From contig CM035350.1 in the NCBI GenBank assembly GCA_020137815.1, forward strand, positions 1,488,001 through 1,552,000: DNA of 64,000 nucleotides, written 5' to 3'. The notes below the pieces were generated by a model. That model saw nothing but the letters and a program-made list of their open reading frames with translations. It had not been told where the DNA came from and did not search any database. The stretch is from Hormiphora californensis (taxonomy: Eukaryota; Animalia; Ctenophora). This document shows positions 1 through 9,460 of this stretch, piece after piece. A program made the position numbers and the translations under genes. How positions within the stretch are numbered: position 1 is the first letter of the stretch; the number at the start of each line of letters is the position of its first letter.

Positions 1-536
1 TGATGGAAGTTTCCTACTGGGAATTCTGGATCATATTTATCAACTCAGGCTTATTCTTCGTGTTGAGTTTAGCTGCAGTAACTCTTGATGAATCAAAATT
101 GTTACCGTGGCTCTGGCACGCAGCATCATTTAGCAGACACTCTACTGCCTTCATCACACTCGCTGAGGGACATGCTTCATCTGTCAGTCCATTACTCTCA
201 CACCACTGTGTGAAAGCATTGCTGTGCTTCTCCATCAAAGCAGAGTGTGTACAAAAATCACCGTTACAAACGGTGCAGGTCAGGAGCTCAGATAATCAAA
301 CAAAATCGATAAGAAGTAGGAAGTTTTTTTTAAACTTATACTTATTACTCTATTTCGCACTATTTCTAGGAACTATTAGTAATTCTAGTGAAGATATATA
401 TCTTCAGAACGTTAAATTTACGTCAATGAACAATCCCCAAAAGGGTACTTACCCCATCCTTGCTATATTTTAATCTCTGATCAACTGACATGACACCATC
501 CCCTCTAATCTCTAATCCACAATCCCTCCCTCTCAG

Positions 537-2641
537 ATGTACAACATCGTGGAAACAGTGCTCAGTACAAAAGATTCCGAAGATGACAGCCTTCTCCGAT
601 ATCTAATCAGAGATATGGAGCTGCTAAGGAGGGTCGAGGATGCCTGGACGTCCAACCAAACAGTGAAAGAGGACCACAGTAACCCGTGTAAGAAGAGGGT
701 GAGGAGGTCAGGGCACCTTGGACACCTTTATAAGATGGCCCATGAGATCCAGGAGACGTTGGAGAAGAGAGAGAACAGGCAGGTTATCTCGGAGTGGCTG
801 CAGGATCAGGAGGACCCTAACTTCTGGTTGGAGTTCTACAATGAAACTTTACAGGTAAACTTTACAGGTGGATTAGGGAGAGATGTGCAGATCTAGGGGC
901 TGCTGGGGTTCTGCCACCCCTGATCCTGGTGAAATCGATTTGTCACTAAACGGTCCTGTTTGACTGCCAATTTATACTGACACAAATCAATACTATAACC
1001 TGTGTATTACCCGTCCAGGAACAGAGAACGAAGAACGAACAGCAGCTAGGTCCTTGGAGTACCTTTGGAAAGAACTGTGGTGAGAGTGACGAGGATGTGG
1101 GAGAGAAAGTGAAGGATATGCTTAACAAAAACGCCTTCTGTGTAAGTGTGTTTCTTCTAGATCTGTAACTCTTCTAGAATATCTGTCGGTCTGTGTAAGC
1201 GTAAAATCACATATATCCCTTTTCCTTATTGACATTTGACCTAACCCTCCATTCCCATCGGTTAAAGTGGAGATCTAACCAACCATTCGCCCCTCTGTTA
1301 TAGTGGCGTATCACATAACCCTCCATTTGCCCCTCTACTAGATGTATCTAACCTTCCTCTTCATTCAGTGGAGGAATGACGATGAAGATGATGAAGAGTT
1401 TGACATGCCATTTGTTACAACTGGGGCAGTGTCAGGGGGTGGTGCGGGGTCATTTCCCAACATGCCAGTACCTGTTATGGTGCCAGAGTGGCAGGGAGAA
1501 AACATGTTCGGTTTCCAATCTAGGAGTATATCATTCGCTACCACCGCCGATCAATCTAACAATATTCAGGTTTGGACAGCTGATTTACTTTACACTGCTC
1601 ATGTTTGTTATGTTAGATATTATGTGTCTAAACTGGCAGTTGGCACTGCCCCAAACACAATATGTCTCACATGATTCTCATATTTCAAATTATACCTGTC
1701 ACACTACAGGGTGGTGAGGGTTCATCAAGTTCAGAAGATGAGGAGAGTATGAGAGACGTACATGATCCATGGGGAACTACACCCTCTACACAGGTACGTG
1801 TATTTTGATAGTCTGTCTCCCTCTCTCTTTGTCTCTCTCTTCGTTAATATAAGGATCTCTCTTTGTCTCTCTCTCTTCGTTAATATAAGAATCTCTCTTT
1901 GTCTGATTATTCTGTTTATTGTCGTTACCCCCATCCCCCTCACCCCACCGCCACCCTTTGCCGCAGGTGCCTATGCAACTCTGAACAAGTGCGTTTACCT
2001 TCCTCTCTCATACTATCTTCTGTCACCGTTTGCACGTGTTTCTCTTTGAAAAACATTTCGATTGTGATCGCAAAGTTATTTTCTGTTTCTGCACGTGTGA
2101 TCTTTCTTTTGCACGTGTTTTATCTGTGTGCAGCATCCCCCTATTTTCACCCAAACCCTCTCCTCAAATCAATGATTTTGTGTCTCTTTTCCCCGTATCT
2201 TTCTGCTCAATGTGTTCTTTTTTCCACAACATCAAAATGTAACGACTCATTTATCATTCATGTTTCCAGGCGAGTGGCAACAGTACAGACCAGAAAATGG
2301 AATGGGCAGCATTCGGTGACGCCCCACTACCCGCTGCAACCGACAGTACGGCAGATGAAGATGGAGAGATGGAGAAAGAGGAGGTAGTTGGAGGAGAGGT
2401 GGAGGGTAAGAAGATTGATCCGGATGTTAGTTGGGACAACTTCGCTTCCTTTGAGAGTGGTGACAAGGGTTCAGAGCATTGGAACAGCACCCCACCTGAC
2501 GGGCAGGTGTTCAGGGCGAGTCCGTGTAAGAGTGACAAGTATAGAGCGGGAGGGGAGTCGTATCGATTAGAGGATACCTCCCTCCCTTCAAACGGGACAG
2601 TAATGGGAGGAGGGGAAGAGGGAAGTGTGGCTGAAGGGTAG
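537..2641 (+). CDS. PPP6R3: Serine/threonine-protein phosphatase 6 regulatory subunit (SAPS/SIT4-associated family), 3' exons only; gene starts upstream of the window
   Basis: Exon 537-854 encodes RRSGHLGHLYKMAHEI...FWLEFYNETLQ, matching the SAPS C-terminal motif (RxGYMGHLTxIAN...WxxF). Further GT-AG exons near 1019-1141, 1369-1569, 1711-1793 and 2270-2641 encode an acidic low-complexity tail with WAAF/WDNFASF motifs. The paralog number is a guess. Confidence 0.75.
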
Positions 2642-2929
2642 ATACCACATACACAGAGACAGAGATATAGTAGTAATGTGATCTACTCATAATGATTTGT
2701 ATGAAGTTATGCAGTATTTCAGCGGCCAGGTGCCGTGGGAAATGAAGCCCCCCAATATATAAACTGTGTGTAGTATCCCGGGATGTTGTTTGTTTGTGTC
2801 TGTCTGTCTGTGTGTGTGTGTATGTGTGTTCAAAATACAACAATTCTCTGTATTCTCCTAAGTCGAGCCCCATTATTTTGGAGGTTTTTTGTACTGGATA
2901 AATTACATGGTAACATTGATTGGGTCCCC

Positions 2930-3050
<121 letters not shown>

Positions 3051-3925
3051 CGATGTGGTGTTTTGCAGAGAATTTGCGTGTTGCTCAAGACGCGTATACA
3101 GACACTAATTGAATGTGTGGTGTGTGTCTCCGTGAGAGTGAGTGCGTTTGTGAGCGTTATATGTTGTAATTTTTCTTGTTTTTACCATTTACCTTTTTGA
3201 GACACTGTTGTTGGTGAATTTGGCCCAGGAAACAAAAAGGACAACTAACTATAGAAATAGAAATGAGAAAGAGAGAAGACTGTAAATGATAAAGAGAGAG
3301 AAAGAGAAAATAGCGAAATCGAATGTGCCAGCATATTTTCTCTTGCCCCCTCTCTCTATGTGTGCGTGATTGTTGATTGCGTGTAACCGTGGTGTAGTGG
3401 TCTAGTGTTCTCTCTTTCTCGGCCCAGTTGTTCTTGTCTCATTCCCGCAGACTATAATGTTGGTGCGTATTTTCTCAATTTAAACCCAGAAACTGTGTAC
3501 TTCTTCTGTGATTCTTCTCATTTTGCCCCAAATCCATCTTTAGACCCAAATAAATCAATGCAATGGGAGTGCGGAGGGCTTTTAAATAAAAAAGTTTCAT
3601 TTTTCTGTTTTTACATAGAAACCCCTCTGCGCTCCTGCACCTGTGTTACAGATGACGATTGTATAATAGCATTTCCACAACACCCCTCCCCTTGTTTAAT
3701 AATGCCAGCTGATTCACTACCAGGCTCCCAGCTCCAGTTCCCTGTTGTCTATATCCAAACCCCCATCCAAAGCAACGCCCTGTTTAAGATAGACGACAAA
3801 TTCGATTCCCGTCATCTGTTACCTATTCAAACTCTTTAGTAATAGAAACTGATCGGGTTATCCCACCTATAATCGTACAAGTTACTACGGTAACTATTCT
3901 CTCTCTCTCCCCTGTCTCTCTCTCC

Positions 3926-4081
<156 letters not shown>

Positions 4082-4291
4082 GATCCCACGTGACGTCACA
4101 GGTCACCCACAATCCTGCAACTACCCCTCTCTCTTTCTCTCTGAGAGTGTGAGCTGTGATCAGATCACTCCCCCGACTCCCACTCTTCCTTTCGACCCAC
4201 GCGTTACCCAACACCCCATCTTACTCAAATCGTTATTCCATTTTCTTTTCTTTCCCATCTCACTATGGCAGATTGTTCCTCTAGTAGGCAT

Positions 4292-4960
4292 ATGAGAGTC
4301 CGTGTACAATGCCCCGGTAAAGTTATTCTATTTGGGGAGCATGCCTGTGTATACGGATACCCATCTCTCGTTACTACTGTTGACGCCTACACCCAGGTAA
4401 GAGTTGTTATTGGTGCCCCTAATAGGGCCAGGTCAGTTGGCCCCTTTAGGTATTTAAACAGTTCCGCTGTGTGATAACTGATAGCTCCTAGTTTTTCTAG
4501 ATACTCCTCTTCCCCTTCGTTCCAACGAAATACTATTCAACTTATCATAAATATCAACATATCCCAATAAATATGTATAATTTGTCTTTCATATCCCTCC
4601 CTTACCCATCGACCATGATATTGTATTTCTCTTTTTTCATCAGTCTGATTATCATATTCTTACATTTCCCCATTTCCTCTCAGTATTATTATCACCCCAA
4701 CTATCACCCCGGCAGGTAGATTTAGAGGAGCTGATAGAGCCAGTTATTCAGTTTGAGGCACTTGGCTTTGAGTTCAGGAACAACTGCAAAGTATCATTAC
4801 TAGATGATGTCCCTGAGATCAGAGATGCAGAAAGTGAGAAACTTGCATGTGAGACAATCCGGCAAATACTCTCCAGGAAATCGGTAATTATTTGGGGGTT
4901 ATTTTAATAAGTTTTATTTCTCTGTCTCTCTGTCTGTCTGTCTCTCCCTCTCTCTCACTC

Positions 4961-4996
<36 letters not shown>

Positions 4997-6102
4997 TCTC
5001 TCTCTGATTTGATTAGCTGCATGTAACAGGCTCATTGTAACCCCTAGCCCTATACCCAGTCGATCACTGAGGACAGCTGGTTTCTTCTTCTCTACTTCTA
5101 TCACAAGATCGTGCCTAAAGACAGGAGGTTAGGTGTCAGGGTACAGGCGAAGACACAACTATGGCCTGGTGCAGGTAAGAGAATTGACTTGAGGTTATAA
5201 TGCTCTGATTATTCGTCGGAACATAATCAATTCATTCACATTGCATAAGAGTTTATGCAATATGCATGCCGGGATATAGAGTCAAAGTCATTAATGATTT
5301 GTTTCAATCTATCTATTTCATTTTCTCACAGGACTTGGTTCGTCTGCATCATTTTGTTGTAGCCTGGTTATGGGCCTGCTGCAGCTGTGTGGAAGGGAAG
5401 ATGTTAGTCAGGAGGAAGTTAACAGGATGGCTTTTGAGGGAGAAAAGGTACAGATCTGGTGTTTACTATTTTGACATTTCTCGAGAATACCCTCTCTCTC
5501 TCTCTGGACAACTCCTCTCTTTATCCATGTTTATAATCTCACATCTCCCCCACCAGGTGTTTCACGGTACCCCCTCTGGTGTTGACAACACAGTGTGTGT
5601 GTACGGTGGTACGATGAGATTCCGCCGTTCCTCCTCCGGCCCCCCATCCTTCACCCCAGTCCACTGTACCAGTGCTCCCCGGTTACTGATAGTTAACTCT
5701 GGTGCAGCCCACTCTACCCGGTCTATTGTAGAGCAGGTCAGGGCTGCTAAGGACAGTCTGGGGACAGTATTCAGTAGGATAGGGGAGATAGTTGAGGGGG
5801 CGGAGAGGTGTCTAGGTGAGGGGAGGGATCTGGGTGATCTGATAACAGAAAATAACAACCTGCTGAACAAGCTTCCTGGTGTTAACAACCCCCACACAGA
5901 CAGAATCGTCCAGATTTGTTCGGATTATGGAGTGGCTGCTAAGATAACTGGAGCGGGAGGGGGCGGGGTTGTGATTGGGCTGCTACGGGAAGGGGTCGAT
6001 GGGGCTAGTCTGGTGAGGGCTCTAGAAAATGCAGGTTTCAAGACACTCACGGACATAAAGATGGGTGTACCGGGAGTTGGGACTGTTGAAAAGTGGTGTT
6101 GA
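4292..6102 (+). CDS. MVK: Mevalonate kinase
   Basis: Exons 4292-4396, 4716-4883, 5060-5174, 5332-5447 and 5557-6102 join in frame. GHMP kinase motifs PGKVILFGEHACVYG, PGAGLGSSA, HGTPSGVDN and KITGAGGGG are present. Confidence 0.95.
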
Positions 6103-6280
6103 GAAGTTTGAAGGGGTCTATTTTGATATCTTGTTTCTTGTGTCGCTCTGTTTTTATATGATTTATGTAACTCAGATTGTTCTTTATATTTGATTATTTA
6201 GGAATTATATGACAATCATATATCTTTGTTTTTATTTACTACCTCCCCCAACAAGCTATCATCTATTAGCACTTTTAAAA

Positions 6281-6302
6281 CTCTCTCTTCCTCCCAGGTA
6301 AG
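6281..6302 (+). promoter_or_regulatory. Unpaired 3' splice acceptor before the PIGO ATG (candidate trans-splice site), directly followed by a GTAAG donor-like motif
   Basis: ctctctcttcctcccag|gtaagg, 17 nt before ATG 6315 and 195 nt after the MVK stop. Confidence 0.6.
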
Positions 6303-6314
6303 GGGCCACACAAC

Positions 6315-9050
6315 ATGACGGTGGGTCGAGCCCTATTCCTCCTCATCTCACTCCTCTTTCTCTGCCTCCTATTCCTCCGAGGTTTCCTCCTCACTAAAAC
6401 AGAGATAAACCGGTTTAGTACCTGTCATGATTTCAGGGCTGAGGGTCAGGAATGTTGGGCCCCACCCCGGTACAAGAGAGCTGTCCTGCTGTTAGTTGAT
6501 GCCCTCAGACATGACTTCACACAGTACAACCCTGATATAACACAACCTGAACCATGGCAAAACAAGATGCCAATATTCAGGGAGTTGTTGCAGAAACACC
6601 CGGATAGAACGCGACACATGGAGTTTATTGCAGATCCTCCTTCTGCTACATTCCTCCGTCTGAAGGGTCTTACAACCGGGGGACTGCCTACATTTGTTGA
6701 TCTGGGCAGTAACTTTGGGGCTAACGAGATATCAGAAGATAGTTGGGTTAGACAGCTCTCTGAGAGGGGTAAACGTCTTGTCTTCCTAGGAGACGACACA
6801 TGGATGGGGATATACAGTAGATATTTCCACCGAGCCTTCCCCTTCCCATCTTTTGATGTCTGGGACCTAGACACGGTGGATAATGGGGTCTGGGAGCACC
6901 TCCTACCCCAGATGTCCACCCCAGATTGGGATGTTATAGTGGGCCATTTCCTGGGAGTGGACCACGCTGGCCACCGTTACCATGTCAACCACCCTGCCCT
7001 GGCTGCCAAGCTGGGACAAGTTAACGACTGGATAGGTAGAGTAGTAGAGGAGATAGATAGTGATACCGTGTTGTTGGTGTTTGGGGATCACGGCATGACG
7101 ACATCTGGAGACCACGGGGGTGAGACTCATGACGAAGTGACGTCATCGCTGTTTGTCTACTCTGGGAGTGATCTAAAGAGTGATCCGGGGTTAGAGATGG
7201 GCAGGGTCTACCAGACAGATCTTGTTCCTACCCTGACCCTGCTACTGGGTGTCCCAACACCCTTCTCCTCTCTAGGCTCCGTCATCCCATCCCTGTTTCT
7301 CTCAGGGGGAGAGGGTGACAAGTTGGATCTACAACGGGCCATGATGGTCAATCTAAATCAGGTATCCCGGTATATTGATGCATACTCAGAACAAGTTGCG
7401 GGGGAGTTTAGTGGGAGTGATCTAGCTGTGATAAGGGAGCAGATAGCACGTGCTAAACATGGTTATAATCACGAGGTTTACTCTGAAGGGACTGTTAGAG
7501 AGATCAGAGAGACATTACAGTTGATCAGAGACACATGTGCTAAACAGTGGGCACGGTTCGACATTCCTCTCATGGTGTTTTCAATGGTGTTAACATGTCT
7601 CCTTGTGGTGGCACTAGTGGTGACGGAGACACCTATCTCTTGGGTATCTTTCCTACCTATTATTCCAGCAGCTGCACTATCTTTTGAGAGTCTCTCTCTT
7701 TGGTCGGGTGTCACACATCCTGTTACAGTACTGACCATGATCGTCTGCACAACGTACACCTTGTATCCCAGAGGGAAAGGGATTACAGACCTCTTCAAAT
7801 CCATCACCCCACCTGACCTCCCCTCCCTAACCCTCCTTGCCCTACTCTGTATAGGATTCACTACCAACTCATTCGTCCTAGTAGAAGACTACACAGCCCT
7901 CTTCTTCTTCTCCACCCTTCTCTCCCTCAACTATCTCTCCCTGCTACGACAACACGGCTGGAACACCCAACACGCAGCTCTCACCCTCACCGCTCTTCTC
8001 TCATCCCGGGTATCAGCTACCTTCTACGGGTGTCGAGAGGAACAGTTCTGGTGTGACAGGACCTGGTGGTTGGGTGATGACCAGGAACCCAGAGTTAGGA
8101 GCTGGAGGTTTGGTGCTGCACTACTGGCACTGATATCACACCAGTATGGAATGTATAGATACCTCAGGGGGAGTGGTAGTCTGGGGATGGGGGTTGTGAG
8201 GGTTGTAATGGGAGTGCTACAACCCCTCAAGTGTGGTCTTGTTGCTGTGTACTGGGCACTATCCTCCAATCCTACCCACTCTGCTGTGGTATCTGAAGAG
8301 ACATTAAACTGGATACCCAGATCTGTCTACCTTGTTACTATCGCTAGTGTGTTACTGATAGCACTCCGACCAGCGGTGACACTGGTGGTCCAGTACCCTG
8401 ATAAGTACCAGATATATGGTGCTATAACATGCTACTCAGGACCTCTCCTTGCTATATATACATCCCTTATACCAACCCTGGCACTACTACTCCGTCAGGG
8501 GCCCTCTCTTGTCCTCCCCCTTCTCACCATCCAACTCCTCTCCTCCTCCCATCTCCTCAGATCCAGCAGCACCCTCACTAAACTACTAGCCCTCCACCTC
8601 ATGACTCTCCAGTTCTTCTTCTCCACTGGACACCAGGCTGCAGTTCAGCAGTTTGATTGGAACGCTGCATTTGTAGGGTTCACTAACCACGGATCTAGTC
8701 ACGTGATCCCGGTAGGGATGATAGTGCTCAGGACCCTGATGGGGACCGTGCTGGTAGGGTTAGCAACCCCAGCCATGATGACATCCCAACCAGAATGGGA
8801 AGACAGGACTCCAACATCATATATTACTGGCAGTGCAGTTGTAGTGCTGGTCAAGTGTGTCTGGGCGGCCCTAGCTTGTACCATTCACAGGAGACATCTC
8901 ATGATTTGGAACATTTTCACTCCGAGACTCATTATCGAGATGTGTCTGGGGGCGTGTACTTGTGTTATGGGTGTAGTAGTGTGTGGTGTTGTGTGGTGGA
9001 CTGAGAGGTTAACTAGAGACTATCTTAACAAGAATCTCAAAAGATCGTGA
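6315..9050 (+). CDS. PIGO: GPI ethanolamine phosphate transferase 3 (intronless, 911 aa)
   Basis: Motifs RGFLL, LLVDALRHDF, ADPPSATFLRLKGLTTGGLPTFVD, HFLGVDHAGH, GDHGMTTSGDHGG, FFSTGHQ and RRHLMIWNIFTPR, plus a multi-pass TM C-terminal half. Confidence 0.93.
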   Translation: MTVGRALFLLISLLFLCLLFLRGFLLTKTEINRFSTCHDFRAEGQECWAPPRYKRAVLLLVDALRHDFTQYNPDITQPEPWQNKMPIFRELLQKHPDRTRHMEFIADPPSATFLRLKGLTTGGLPTFVDLGSNFGANEISEDSWVRQLSERGKRLVFLGDDTWMGIYSRYFHRAFPFPSFDVWDLDTVDNGVWEHLLPQMSTPDWDVIVGHFLGVDHAGHRYHVNHPALAAKLGQVNDWIGRVVEEIDSDTVLLVFGDHGMTTSGDHGGETHDEVTSSLFVYSGSDLKSDPGLEMGRVYQTDLVPTLTLLLGVPTPFSSLGSVIPSLFLSGGEGDKLDLQRAMMVNLNQVSRYIDAYSEQVAGEFSGSDLAVIREQIARAKHGYNHEVYSEGTVREIRETLQLIRDTCAKQWARFDIPLMVFSMVLTCLLVVALVVTETPISWVSFLPIIPAAALSFESLSLWSGVTHPVTVLTMIVCTTYTLYPRGKGITDLFKSITPPDLPSLTLLALLCIGFTTNSFVLVEDYTALFFFSTLLSLNYLSLLRQHGWNTQHAALTLTALLSSRVSATFYGCREEQFWCDRTWWLGDDQEPRVRSWRFGAALLALISHQYGMYRYLRGSGSLGMGVVRVVMGVLQPLKCGLVAVYWALSSNPTHSAVVSEETLNWIPRSVYLVTIASVLLIALRPAVTLVVQYPDKYQIYGAITCYSGPLLAIYTSLIPTLALLLRQGPSLVLPLLTIQLLSSSHLLRSSSTLTKLLALHLMTLQFFFSTGHQAAVQQFDWNAAFVGFTNHGSSHVIPVGMIVLRTLMGTVLVGLATPAMMTSQPEWEDRTPTSYITGSAVVVLVKCVWAALACTIHRRHLMIWNIFTPRLIIEMCLGACTCVMGVVVCGVVWWTERLTRDYLNKNLKRS

Positions 9051-9365
9051 TCTAGATCGTAGAATTAGAGAGATAAGAATGGGTTTTCTAGTTTCATAGT
9101 TTTGATATTTGATATGTTATTTGACTAAGTTGGGATATAGTTTTGTATAATTTTTCATTTCTAGGTTAGAGAAAGATGTAGTTTAGGGCCTACACATCAA
9201 AGATGTAATTGTAAACAGTGTAAGACTGTGTTATTTGTCATCTTAATTACCCTCCTCTCATTCAATATCTAAGTTGTTGACCCCTTTTTACAATTACACT
9301 CGTTTACTTCTGAGTCAATCCTCTCACCCTAAGCCAGCCCCATAAATTCCCCAAACAAGCCTCAA

Positions 9366-9451
9366 CTAACCACCCCCACAGAACCTCTCTCTATCTCTCT
9401 AACCACCCCCACAGAACCTCTCTCTCTTTCTCTAACCACCCCAGCCAGTAG
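9366..9451 (+). promoter_or_regulatory. Triplicated branch point and acceptor module before the SUCLG1 ATG
   Basis: ctaaccacccc(cac)ag at 9366, 9399 and 9432 (33-nt period). Confidence 0.6.
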
Positions 9452-9460
9452 GTTGTCATC

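Noticed and set aside
14-238. Minus-strand 74-aa ORF, possibly a LINE ORF1/gag fragment in a PPP6R intron
   Set aside because: It is truncated by the window edge and has no diagnostic motif, so it cannot be supported.
6446-8884. Antisense ORFs overlapping PIGO (and similar ones over the RRM genes, MRPL3 and TDRD12)
   Set aside because: They are shadow ORFs of genuine coding sequence with no independent features.
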